Origin: Bacillota bacterium
GTDB lineage: Bacteria; Bacillota; Sulfobacillia; JBFMBV01
Direction: 5' to 3'
DNA: 64,000 bases
Assembly (NCBI GenBank): GCA_040755005.1
Contig: JBFMBV010000007.1
Coordinates: 1,181 to 65,180 of the forward strand
In this document: positions 27,057 to 35,896 of the stretch, piece by piece
Layout: each line of letters begins with the position of its first letter
Position numbering within the stretch: position 1 is the stretch's first letter
The notes under the pieces: model-generated
The model's database searches: none
Told to the model about the DNA's origin: nothing
The model's input: the letters and a program-made list of their open reading frames with translations, nothing else
Translations under genes and position numbers: made by a program

Positions 27057-28049
27057 TCACGCCCCTCCCCGGAAGGCATCGGCATAGGCAGGGAGCGCGG
27101 CGACGCCTCCGGTGTGCCAGAAGGCAACACGCTCGCCGGCCAGGCGCCCGGACCTCGCCAGGCCGATCAACCCCGCCATGGCCTTGCCCGTATAGACGGG
27201 ATCCAGCAAGGCCCCTTCCGTCCGCGCCGTCAGCCTGATCGCTTCGAGCGAGGCCTCAGTCACCGCTCCGTACTTCTCCCCCACGTAGCCGTCGAGTACA
27301 TCCACGTCGGCCTCGGCCAGGGTCATCGGGCAACCCGCCAAGGCAGCCCCCGCGCGGACCAGGCTGGCGATGGTGGGCCGGAGCCGTTCAGGGGCGCGGC
27401 TGACAGTCACGCCGGTCACCTTGATCCCGCTGCCGCTGGCCAGGGCCCCAAGCATCAGACCAGCCTGAGTGCCCCCTGAGCCCGTCGCGAAGATGAACCG
27501 GTCGAAGCTCAGCCCCAGGTCATTGGCCTGCGAGATGAACTCGTAGACGGCCAGGGCGTAGCCTACCGTGCCCAGGGGGCTGGAACCCCCGAGGGGGATG
27601 ACATAGGGCCTGCGCCCGGCGCTGCGCAAGCGCTCCGCAGTCTCCTCCAGCACAGCGACGGCGCCCTCGGCGTCGTCATGACCGCTGAAGACGACCTTGG
27701 CCCCGAGGATGCCGTCCAACAACAGATTCCCTGTCACCGCCGCCGGCCGTTCCCCATACAGCACCAGCACGGCCTCCAGCCCCAGCCTTGCGGCTACGGC
27801 CGCCGTGACGCGGCAATGGTTGGACTGCTGCCCGCCGACGGTCAGGAGCACATCGGCCCCTTGCTCCAGGGCCTGGGCCGCCAGGAACTCGAGTTTCCTG
27901 GCCTTGTTACCTCCGAGGCCGACACCGGTGTAGTCATCCCGCTTCAACCACAGGTCGACGCCGTCCAGGGCCTCCCCCAGACGGCGAGCCGGTTCCAGGG
28001 GGGTCGGCAACGCCGCCAGCCTTACCCTGGGCAAGTGCCCTGTCTGCAT
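27057..28049 (-). CDS. D-cysteine desulfhydrase / ACC deaminase family PLP enzyme
   Basis: PTPLE, LKRDD, GGNKARKLEF, QSNHCR, GSGGTQAG, LDPVYTGKAMAG, FWHTGG. Confidence 0.9.
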   Translation of the reverse strand: MQTGHLPRVRLAALPTPLEPARRLGEALDGVDLWLKRDDYTGVGLGGNKARKLEFLAAQALEQGADVLLTVGGQQSNHCRVTAAVAARLGLEAVLVLYGERPAAVTGNLLLDGILGAKVVFSGHDDAEGAVAVLEETAERLRSAGRRPYVIPLGGSSPLGTVGYALAVYEFISQANDLGLSFDRFIFATGSGGTQAGLMLGALASGSGIKVTGVTVSRAPERLRPTIASLVRAGAALAGCPMTLAEADVDVLDGYVGEKYGAVTEASLEAIRLTARTEGALLDPVYTGKAMAGLIGLARSGRLAGERVAFWHTGGVAALPAYADAFRGGA

Positions 28050-28077
28050 CTCCCGTCACCCCTCCCGCCTGCACACC

Positions 28078-28107
28078 AAAAAGGGACAGCCGATCCCGCT
28101 GCCCTGT
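28078..28107 (-). terminator. Putative terminator after ndoA
   Basis: Minus strand AGGGCAGC..GCTGTCCC stem followed by TTTTT. Confidence 0.55.
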
Positions 28108-28115
28108 GGGTTAGA

Positions 28116-28466
28116 TCAGAACTCGCGCAAGCCTATGCTGACGGACAGGGCGTCATTCACCCGGTCCAGCAATCCGGGGTCCAGGTGGGCGACCCGCTCG
28201 CGCAAGCGGCGCCTGTCGATGGTGCGGATCTGCTCCGCCAGGATGACGGAGTTCCTGCCCAGGCCGCTCTCCTCGCCACTCAACTCTACATGGGTAGGGA
28301 GCCGGGCCTTGTCAATCTGGCTGGTGATAGCCGCCACGATGGTAGTCGGGCTGTACTTGTTCCCCACGTCATTCTGGATGACGATGACCGGCCGGATCCC
28401 GCCCTGCTCTGACCCAATCACTGGACTAAGGTCGGCGTAGTAGATGTCGCCCCGTCTCAGGTTCAA
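28116..28466 (-). CDS. ndoA: MazF/PemK endoribonuclease toxin
   Basis: RRGDIYYADLSPVIGSEQGGIRPV..IQNDVGN..SPTTIVAAITS..LPTHV..EQIRTID. Confidence 0.96.
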   Translation of the reverse strand: MNLRRGDIYYADLSPVIGSEQGGIRPVIVIQNDVGNKYSPTTIVAAITSQIDKARLPTHVELSGEESGLGRNSVILAEQIRTIDRRRLRERVAHLDPGLLDRVNDALSVSIGLREF

Positions 28467-28467
28467 C

Positions 28468-28704
28468 TCAGCTCTCCTCGGCGCTCGCCTCCGCCCGCAT
28501 GGCTTCCTCGGCCAGGGCCAGGTTGATGGCGCCCATGGCTGTGTAGCCGGCCTTCAGCTGCGCGCGCATGCGCTGCCGCTGCCTGACCCTGAGGTACAGC
28601 CTGACCGCTTCGCGGATAGCCGCGTTCCGGTCGGGGCCCTGGCCGTCCAAAGCTTCGAGCATATCGGCAGGCAGGCTCACGACGATGCGCCGCTGACCGT
28701 TCAC
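28468..28704 (-). CDS. ndoAI: Ribbon-helix-helix antitoxin (EndoAI/MazE)
   Basis: RIVVSLP..LD..RNAAIREAVRLY..LKAGYTAMGAINLALAEE; located between alr and ndoA. Confidence 0.88.
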   Translation of the reverse strand: MNGQRRIVVSLPADMLEALDGQGPDRNAAIREAVRLYLRVRQRQRMRAQLKAGYTAMGAINLALAEEAMRAEASAEES

Positions 28705-29840
28705 TGAGCAGTCTCCTCCCGTTCCCCGGCGTAGATCCGGGGAACTCTGCCGCTAATGGCCGTCACCACTTCGTAGTTGATGGTGCCTGCGTGCCGGGCG
28801 AGAGCGTCCGCCGTGACGGTGGACCTGCCCTGGCTGCCAATGAGGGCTGCCTCGTCCCCGATGGCGTAGTCTCCGGGCCCTGCCTCACCGTCCCAGGCCA
28901 TGGTCTGGTCCATGCACACCCGTCCGACCACCCGCAGGCGCTTCCCCTTGACCACTACCTCCGCACCCGAGTAGCCCCTCCGGTAGCCGTCGGCGTAGCC
29001 GAGGGGCAAGGTCAGGACCGTGCCCTCGGCGGGCGCCGAAAACTCGCAGCCGTAGCTCACCGTCGTCCCAGCCGGCACCCGCTTGACGAAAGCCAGCTTG
29101 GCCTTCCAGGCCAAGGCCGGCCTCAGGCCCTCGTGCCATCCCGTCTCGGCGGAGGGGCGCAACCCGTACAGGCTGATCCCTGCCCGCACCATGTCCAGAT
29201 GGGTCTCGGGCAAATCCAGGATGGCCGCGCTGTTGGCGCAGTGGCGCCAGCGCCAGCCTATGTCTTCAGTCTGCCGCAAAAACCCCTGGAATAGACCGAA
29301 CTGCCGCCGGGCAGCAGTCTTGTCCGCAGCGTCCGCGGCGGCAAAGTGGGTGAAGACCCCTTCTAGGCTCAGGCCTTCGATGGCGGACAGCTCCCTGGCT
29401 AGGGCCACCCCCGCGGCCGTAGGCAGGATCCCGAGCCTGCCCATGCCGGTGTCGACCTTGATGTGAACACGAGCGCGGCGGCCCGCCGCCCGTCCAGCCT
29501 GCCCGAGGGCTGCGCCGGTGTGGAGGTCATAGACCGCCTGGATCAGATCGTGGGCGACCACCACCGGCGCCTGATCCGCAGGGGTGTGGCCGAGGATGAG
29601 GATGGGGGCCGTGAGACCTGCCTGCCTAAGCTCCAGCGCTTCCCCCAAGGTGGCGACGCCCAGCCAGTCAGCGCCCGCCGCCAGGGCAGCCCTGGCCACG
29701 GGCACAGCTCCATGGCCGTATGCGTTGGCCTTGACCACGGCCATGAAGGCTTCGGACCGGGCCAACCGCCGCAGGATCCCGACGTTGGCGCGGATGACCG
29801 AGAGGTCGACCTCCACCCAGACCGGACGTAACGAGGGCAC
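28701..29840 (-). CDS. alr: Alanine racemase
   Basis: AVVKANAYGHG, HIKVDTGMGRLG, FTHFA, ANSAA, VSYG, GYADG, GRVCMDQ. Confidence 0.97.
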   Translation of the reverse strand: MPSLRPVWVEVDLSVIRANVGILRRLARSEAFMAVVKANAYGHGAVPVARAALAAGADWLGVATLGEALELRQAGLTAPILILGHTPADQAPVVVAHDLIQAVYDLHTGAALGQAGRAAGRRARVHIKVDTGMGRLGILPTAAGVALARELSAIEGLSLEGVFTHFAAADAADKTAARRQFGLFQGFLRQTEDIGWRWRHCANSAAILDLPETHLDMVRAGISLYGLRPSAETGWHEGLRPALAWKAKLAFVKRVPAGTTVSYGCEFSAPAEGTVLTLPLGYADGYRRGYSGAEVVVKGKRLRVVGRVCMDQTMAWDGEAGPGDYAIGDEAALIGSQGRSTVTADALARHAGTINYEVVTAISGRVPRIYAGEREETAQ

Positions 29841-29858
29841 ACCGTCCCCTCCAGTGCC

Positions 29859-30884
29859 TCACCGCAACGAGTTTGCCACCTTGACCAAGTCAGCCTGGCT
29901 GGCCTCGCCAGCCAAGAGGAACTCGACGCCGCCGCGGCTCCAGTACAACAGCGTCAGGTGGCCCGCCGCCATGACCTGCGCGGTCACGCCCGCGATGCCC
30001 ACCGTGGGCAGACCGCCCAAGAGGGGTGCCTCCCTGGGTAGGCTCTCAGTGAGGGTGATGCTGGCTGTGCCGTTGCTATACTCCAGCAATACCGCCAATT
30101 CCTTCCCCTCGCCCAAGGTGGCGACAGAGCGGAGGGTGAACCCCTGGGGCAGCTCGGTCGGGACGACCAGGTTGAAGCGGGCGGCCCGGCGCGCTTCCTC
30201 CAGGGATGCTACCCGTTCGGCCAAGGGCGAAGGCACCAGGACTGCGCCCGGAGGTGGCGTGAAGGCGAAGTCTGCCTCGGTCAAGCCCCGGTTGATGACG
30301 AAGTCGTAAAAGGCGATGCCCAGTAGGGCCTTACCGCCGCGGTCGAAGGCCTCCAGCCGCACCGGCAGGCCGTGGCGGCGCTCCAGGAACACTACCTGCC
30401 GTGCGACGGAGCCCGCAGCGCGCAACCCCGTAAGCTCGATGACATCGCAGATGACGCCTGCCCAGCGTTGCCGCCCCAGGCTCCTCAGCTTAGCCTCGTC
30501 GGCGATCCGCCGCACCAGTCCGGACAAGAGGGCGACCTGGTCTTCTTCCTCCACGAAGATGCCACCGCCCCGCAGCATGTGGACCTCATTGTCGGCAGGG
30601 CTGTAGAACCAGGTCGTGCGGCCGTCGAATACGGTGAGCTGCCCCTTCATGGACGGCGGCGCCAGCACCTCGACGCGGTAGAACTGCGGGCGCCTGAACC
30701 TCTGACCCAGGGTCAGCTGTTCGACCCCGTCTTTGCTGTGCAGGGTCAGCTCGACCGTCGCTGTGTAGTCGTGGACCTGCGCGTAGGCCGTCCCGACCCT
30801 GTCCACGACGGCCCCGGGACGGCGGCAAGCGGTCGCCCCGAGGGCGACCCCTAGGCAGAGCACGAGCAAGGCGCGCTGGGACAA
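29859..30884 (-). CDS. LolA-fold lipoprotein, YdcC/SsdC-like
   Basis: Lipobox ALGATAC, FRRPQFYRVE, VFDGRTTWFY, FAFTPPPGA, VPTELPQGF; ydcC position upstream of alr. Confidence 0.75.
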   Translation of the reverse strand: MSQRALLVLCLGVALGATACRRPGAVVDRVGTAYAQVHDYTATVELTLHSKDGVEQLTLGQRFRRPQFYRVEVLAPPSMKGQLTVFDGRTTWFYSPADNEVHMLRGGGIFVEEEDQVALLSGLVRRIADEAKLRSLGRQRWAGVICDVIELTGLRAAGSVARQVVFLERRHGLPVRLEAFDRGGKALLGIAFYDFVINRGLTEADFAFTPPPGAVLVPSPLAERVASLEEARRAARFNLVVPTELPQGFTLRSVATLGEGKELAVLLEYSNGTASITLTESLPREAPLLGGLPTVGIAGVTAQVMAAGHLTLLYWSRGGVEFLLAGEASQADLVKVANSLR

Positions 30885-30918
30885 CGCTGTCGACCTCCCG
30901 TCGGGCTGTCCCCTGATT

Positions 30919-32397
30919 CTATGCGTACCCCGTCCCGGCAATGCTGGCCAGCGCTTGCGGCAGGGCCTGAGCGATGTCCCCGGCGGTGGCGCCCCAAGGC
31001 CGGATGGACCCGAGGACTTCTCCCGCCAACCCGTGGATGAACGCGCCCAGGGCCGCGGCCTCGGTGGAAGGCAGGAAGTTGAGGTAGGCTGCGACCACCC
31101 CTGACAGCACATCGCCCGAACCGGCCGTGGCCAGGACAGGGTGACCTGACAAGTTGACCATGGCCTTGCCGTCAGACCCGGAAGTCACGGTGCCTGCGCC
31201 TTTCAGCACCACCGTGCAGCCGTGCTTCCGGGCGAGGGTTCGCGCCGTCCCGATCCGATCAGCCTGGACAGCCTCGACGCTGAGGCCGCACAGGCGGGCC
31301 ATCTCTTTGGGATGGGGGGTGAGCACCCTGAGGCCTGCGCTGCCGCCCACACGCCCGCCGCCCGCCTCGGCCATAGCGTTGAGTGCGTCTGCATCAACCA
31401 CCACCGGACCTGGGTACTGCGCCAACACGCCCAGGCACAGGGCCTTCGCCTCGGGGGAGCTGCCCGCGCCCGGCCCCACCACTACGGTCCCGTCGGCCGC
31501 CGCCAGGCATGCCTCCAAGGTCCCATCGGTCTCGACGGCCATCAGCTCCGGCGGCAACATGACACGGCCCAGCACGCCCGCAGGGACAACCAGCCGCACC
31601 AGGCCTGCCCCGGCCCTGAGGGCGCCCAGGCCCGCTAACACCGGCGCCCCCGGCATGGAGCGGCTGCCACCGATGACGGTGACGAGTCCGCCGCGGCCTT
31701 TGTGCCAGTCAGCGGGACGCCGGGGCAGCCTAGGACGGGCCCACGCCAGATCAGCGAGTTCCAAGCGGTCAGGTTCATCCTGCTGGACAGCCTCCAGACC
31801 GATGTCGGCCACGCTGAGCCTGCCTGCCAGCTCCCTACCAGGATAGAGAAACAACCCGGGCTTCAGGGGAGAGAGCGCCACCGTCAGGGTGGCGCGCACC
31901 GCCTCCCCTGGCGCCTGCCCGGTATCGGCCTCCACCCCCGACGGCAAGTCGCAGGAGACCACGCCCTTGCCCGAGGAGTTGATCGCGGCCGCGGCCAAAG
32001 CGAGGTCCCCGCGCAAGGGGCCCTGGAGGCCGGTGCCCGCCAGGGCATCGACGATGACGGCGGCTCCCCTCACCGCTACAGCCAATCCGGTCAGGGGCTG
32101 GGGCTGTAGCTCGCACCGGAGCCGTGCCAGGTGCCAAGCCGCCGGGCTGCCCGGAGCAGGCTCCCCCTGGAGCAGCGCCGACACCGGATAGCCCCAGCTC
32201 TTCAGCCAGGCAGCCGCGACTAGCCCGTCACCGCCGTTGTTCCCCTTCCCGCAGGCCACGACCACTGCTCCGGCCCGGGCGCGGGCCAGATCCCGCACCT
32301 GTACGCCCAGGGCTCGGCCAGCCCGGGCCATGAGTTCCTCCGGCGCCCCGCACCTTCGCTCCAGCGCACGGGTGGTCTGCGTATCGGCGAGCCTCAT
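30919..32397 (-). CDS. nnr: Bifunctional NAD(P)H-hydrate epimerase/dehydratase
   Basis: GKGNNGGDG, VDALAGTG, DLPSG; HKGRGG, GAGLV, VVDADAL, LTPHPKE, LKGAGT, LATAGSGDVLSG. Confidence 0.93.
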   Translation of the reverse strand: MRLADTQTTRALERRCGAPEELMARAGRALGVQVRDLARARAGAVVVACGKGNNGGDGLVAAAWLKSWGYPVSALLQGEPAPGSPAAWHLARLRCELQPQPLTGLAVAVRGAAVIVDALAGTGLQGPLRGDLALAAAAINSSGKGVVSCDLPSGVEADTGQAPGEAVRATLTVALSPLKPGLFLYPGRELAGRLSVADIGLEAVQQDEPDRLELADLAWARPRLPRRPADWHKGRGGLVTVIGGSRSMPGAPVLAGLGALRAGAGLVRLVVPAGVLGRVMLPPELMAVETDGTLEACLAAADGTVVVGPGAGSSPEAKALCLGVLAQYPGPVVVDADALNAMAEAGGGRVGGSAGLRVLTPHPKEMARLCGLSVEAVQADRIGTARTLARKHGCTVVLKGAGTVTSGSDGKAMVNLSGHPVLATAGSGDVLSGVVAAYLNFLPSTEAAALGAFIHGLAGEVLGSIRPWGATAGDIAQALPQALASIAGTGYA

Positions 32398-32780
32398 GCC
32401 GGCCCTCCCCTGAACCCCAGGGCCACTGCCGCGGCCACGCCCCGGTCGTGGGTCAGGCTGACGGCCACCCCCGCAAGGCCCAAGCTGGCAGCGGCAGCGG
32501 CACACGCCCCGGACAGCCTGACCCGGGGCCGTTCCCCCGGCTGCCTGGTTACTTCGATATCGCGCCAGCTCACTCCGCTCAACCCCAACCCCAGGCTCTT
32601 CAGGACTGCTTCCTTAGCCGCGAACCGGGCCGCCAGCCTCGCCGCATCCCCTCGGCATTCGCGCAGTTCAGCGCCGGTGAACAGCCGCTGGGACAGCCGT
32701 CCCCCCCACCTGGCCAGGGCATGGCGGAAGCGCTCCAGCTCGACCACGTCCAGTCCAAGACAAGCCTCCAGATGGACCAC
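32394..32780 (-). CDS. acpS: Holo-[acyl-carrier-protein] synthase
   Basis: LGLDVVELERF, LFTGAE, LAARFAAKEA, VSLTHD. Confidence 0.93.
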   Translation of the reverse strand: MVHLEACLGLDVVELERFRHALARWGGRLSQRLFTGAELRECRGDAARLAARFAAKEAVLKSLGLGLSGVSWRDIEVTRQPGERPRVRLSGACAAAAASLGLAGVAVSLTHDRGVAAAVALGFRGGPA

Positions 32781-32919
32781 CCCCTCCCTAAGGCTTCGCC
32801 GGACCTGGAGGTTTCCCTACTCCCTAGCCTTTCCAGAGAAATCTCCTCCATAAGCAGGAAGTAGAGGAAAAATAGCTAATATCGCAAACGCTACTTCCCG
32901 TTGAAAGGAAAGTCGCAGG

Positions 32920-34239
32920 ATGCATCTGGGTGAACGTATCAGGCGTTGCCGGCTGAGACTGGGCATGACCCAGCGGCAGCTGGCAGGGGATGACTTCTCG
33001 CCTGCCTTCATCAGCCAGGTCGAGCGGGGCGTCATCACCCCTTCCATCACATCGTTGCGCGTGATAGCCAGCCGTCTGGGCAAGGCAGCCAGCTACTTCG
33101 TGGACGATGATCAAGATGAGCGCCGCAAGGAACTCGATTTGATCCTGGCCAAAGGCCGGATCGCCTTCGGCCGGGGGGAGGCCGCCAAAGCCACTTCCTG
33201 TTTCCGCAAGGTCCAGCGCCTGGCCGAGGAGGGCGGCGACCGCCTGCGTCTAGCCCAAGCCACCGTGTGCCTGGGCTGGCTCGCATTGCGCCAGGGTGAG
33301 CCACAGTCCTGCCTCGACCAGATCGGGACCGCCTGGCCTACGCTGGCCGACCACCGCGCGACATCCCTGATGGCCCTCGCCCTTTTTTGCCAGGCTGAGG
33401 CCTACGCCGCCCTGCAGAGCCATGGCCAAGCGGTGCAGGTGGGCGAAGAGTGCCTGCGCCTGCTGGGCAACATCGACGCCAGCGACATCCTGTTCGAGGT
33501 ACGGGCGAGGCATGCCGCCGCCCGCTCCTACCAGGCCCTGGGCGACACGGCCCAAGCTTTGAGGCATCACGCCCAAGCCGCAGAACTCGCGGGGCGTATC
33601 GGCGGCCTGCTGGCCCTCAGCGAGGCGTGCCTACAACAGAGCACCAAGTGCGAGATCGAGGGGGAGCTCGACCAGGCCTTGGTCTGGGTCGACCGCGGCC
33701 AGACCTTCCTGGACGCCCTGGAAGGCAGCCGTGTCGCCGCCGAGATCCAGCATGGCATGGCTACGGCCTTAGCCGATGCAGGACGCTGGCCGGAAGCCGA
33801 CGCCCGTTTCCGGGAGGCCCTCCGCCTGAGGCGGCGAGCCGACGACCAGGCCGGCGAAGTCCGTACGCTGCTCGCCTTCGCCGGCGCCGCCCTTAAGGCT
33901 GAGCAGCTCGACCTAGTAGAACCAGTGCTGAGGCAGGCGCTGGACCTCGTCACCGGCACAGCCATGCAGGCCGAACAGGGCGTGTGCCACTATCTGCTAG
34001 GCGCCCTCGCGCGGTTGACAGGCGACAGGCCCATGGCCCATGCTCAGCTGGAGCAAGCCCTCACCTTGCTCGAGCCCAGGCAAGGCATGGACCTGGCCCA
34101 GGTCTACTACGAACTGGGCGAACTGCTGGCTGGAGAGGACCAGGAGCGGTCTTTGCAGTGCCTCCAGAAAGCCGCTGCCCTGTTCCGCGAGAGTGTCGGC
34201 GGCGGCTTCCGCGAGGCCGCGGCTGCTCGTTTGCCCTAG
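32920..34239 (+). CDS. XRE-HTH + TPR transcriptional regulator (RRNPP-like, copy A)
   Basis: N-terminal LGERIRRCR..MTQRQLA..SPAFISQVERG..PS..L..IASRL, then TPR-like helical repeats. Confidence 0.88.
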   Translation: MHLGERIRRCRLRLGMTQRQLAGDDFSPAFISQVERGVITPSITSLRVIASRLGKAASYFVDDDQDERRKELDLILAKGRIAFGRGEAAKATSCFRKVQRLAEEGGDRLRLAQATVCLGWLALRQGEPQSCLDQIGTAWPTLADHRATSLMALALFCQAEAYAALQSHGQAVQVGEECLRLLGNIDASDILFEVRARHAAARSYQALGDTAQALRHHAQAAELAGRIGGLLALSEACLQQSTKCEIEGELDQALVWVDRGQTFLDALEGSRVAAEIQHGMATALADAGRWPEADARFREALRLRRRADDQAGEVRTLLAFAGAALKAEQLDLVEPVLRQALDLVTGTAMQAEQGVCHYLLGALARLTGDRPMAHAQLEQALTLLEPRQGMDLAQVYYELGELLAGEDQERSLQCLQKAAALFRESVGGGFREAAAARLP

Positions 34240-34284
34240 GCCTGCAGGTCCCCTGCCCCAGGATGGACGGTAGGAGGAATTGGT

Positions 34285-35658
34285 GTGAGCCTGGGTGCCA
34301 AGATACGCATGGCCCGCAAGGGGCTGCGCATGACCCAGAAGGCGCTGGCCGGCGATGATTTTTCCCCTGCCCTGGTCAGCCAGCTCGAGCGCGACCAGAT
34401 CACCCCGTCCCTCGCCTCCCTGCGCGTGATCGCCACGAGGCTGCGTCGGCCAGTCAGCTACTTCCTGGAAGAGGAGATCACCAACCGGGAGCTAGAGCTG
34501 GACCTGCTGATCAGCCTAAGCGGGGTCTACCTAGCCCGAAAGGAATATGCGGACTCCCTGAACACCCTGGACCGGGCCATCACCGGGGCCCAGGAGATCG
34601 GCGATGCCTGGCGGCTGCTGGCCGCCAAGAAGGCGGCCGCCCAGGTGTACTTCGCCTGCCATGAGTACGATCAATCCATCACGTTCTATCTGGAGTGCCG
34701 CCGGGCCTATGAGCAGTTGGACGCCTGGCACGAGGCGGCCAGCTGCGCCTTCTCCATCGGGGTGATCCACCAGTGCAGGTCCGACCCCAGGCAGGCTATC
34801 GCGGCCTACGAGGAAGCCCTGGTGCTGGTGGACCGGGCCCCGAACCCCGACACCATGCTCAGGCTGAGGATCCTGGGGAACCTGGGCGGGTGCCTGTGTC
34901 GGCTAGGCCAGTATGAGCGCGGCATCACCCTCCACGAAGAGGCCATGGCCCTCGCCAAGCGCGTCGACGACTTTCAGCGCATCGCCCAGAACTACTTGTG
35001 GATGGGCCTAGCCCACCGCGACCGCGGCGACCTGAGAAACGCCCTCGATTACACCCGCCGCAGCCTGGACATCTTCAACTCCTTGGACAGCATCCGCTAC
35101 GTAGCCGACACCCACACCAACCTAGGCATCATCCTGGCGGAGCAAGGGGACTGGGAGAAGGCCTATCCGCACCTGGTGGAGAGCCTCCGCCTGCAGCGGC
35201 AGGTGGAGAACCCCCGCGGCGAGTGCCACGCCTTGTCGGAGGTTGCCGCCTACTACCTGCTCCATGACCGGGTAGCCAAGGCTGAGGACCATGCCAGCCG
35301 CGCGCTGCATATCGCGGTGCAGATCGGGGACCAGTTTGAGATCGCCCGGTGCCGTCAGGTCCTGGGCGGGATCCGCAGCAAGCAGGGTCAGCACGAAGCT
35401 GCCGTCGAGGAGCTCACGCAAGGGCTCAGAGTGATCGAGGCCCTAGACGCGCCTGCCCGGACGGCCAGGTTCCACCACGACCTCGCGGAGGAATACACAC
35501 ATTTGGGCCGCCCGTCAGAGGCCAGGGCCCACTACGAGGCTGCGGTGGAGCTGTACAAACAAGCGGCCGTGAAAGGAGGAGGTTCAGGTGAGGAAGATCT
35601 GCGCCTGGTTGCTGGCGGCGGTCCTCTGCCTGGGGGTGCTTGTCCCAGCGGCGCTTAA
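34285..35658 (+). CDS. XRE-HTH + TPR transcriptional regulator (RRNPP/NprR-PlcR-like, copy B)
   Basis: Same HTH; TPRs with ILGNLGG, AQNYLWMG, THTNLGII; RBS AGGAGG. Confidence 0.9.
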   Translation: MSLGAKIRMARKGLRMTQKALAGDDFSPALVSQLERDQITPSLASLRVIATRLRRPVSYFLEEEITNRELELDLLISLSGVYLARKEYADSLNTLDRAITGAQEIGDAWRLLAAKKAAAQVYFACHEYDQSITFYLECRRAYEQLDAWHEAASCAFSIGVIHQCRSDPRQAIAAYEEALVLVDRAPNPDTMLRLRILGNLGGCLCRLGQYERGITLHEEAMALAKRVDDFQRIAQNYLWMGLAHRDRGDLRNALDYTRRSLDIFNSLDSIRYVADTHTNLGIILAEQGDWEKAYPHLVESLRLQRQVENPRGECHALSEVAAYYLLHDRVAKAEDHASRALHIAVQIGDQFEIARCRQVLGGIRSKQGQHEAAVEELTQGLRVIEALDAPARTARFHHDLAEEYTHLGRPSEARAHYEAAVELYKQAAVKGGGSGEEDLRLVAGGGPLPGGACPSGA

Positions 35659-35785
35659 GCCCGCAGTGGAGAGCGCCACCCTCGAGTCAGCCGGGACCGT
35701 GCTGGCCCAAATCACGATCTGCGGTCCTAACGAACCCATCGAACCCCCCGACGGCCCACTGCCCCCGCGCGGGAACGTAACTTAA
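35588..35785 (+). CDS. Small secreted propeptide, candidate RRNPP signalling-peptide precursor
   Basis: Strong RBS AAAGGAGGAGG; MRK + hydrophobic signal peptide; 65 aa; directly follows the TPR regulator and precedes a terminator. Confidence 0.75.
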   Translation: MRKICAWLLAAVLCLGVLVPAALKPAVESATLESAGTVLAQITICGPNEPIEPPDGPLPPRGNVT

Positions 35786-35799
35786 CTCCGCAGTACACA

Positions 35800-35828
35800 A
35801 GGCACGGCCCCGGGCCGTGCCTCTTGTT
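35800..35828 (+). terminator. Terminator after the propeptide gene
   Basis: AGGCACGGCC-CCG-GGCCGTGCCT followed by CTTGTT. Confidence 0.65.
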
Positions 35829-35896
35829 GCCACGGGTCGGTCGTCTGCCGTGGTATAATGCTCTCGAACGGCCGGAGCCCGAGAGGAGCAGCCTCA

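Noticed and set aside
28116-28704. mazEF as a sign of a mobile element
   Set aside because: It sits at the standard vertically inherited alr-ndoAI-ndoA position of Bacillota.
35588-35785. Propeptide as an AgrD-type thiolactone precursor (Cys followed by EP..P)
   Set aside because: The Cys-to-EP spacing is too short for the usual ring, it has a Sec-type signal peptide, and there is no agrB or histidine kinase nearby.
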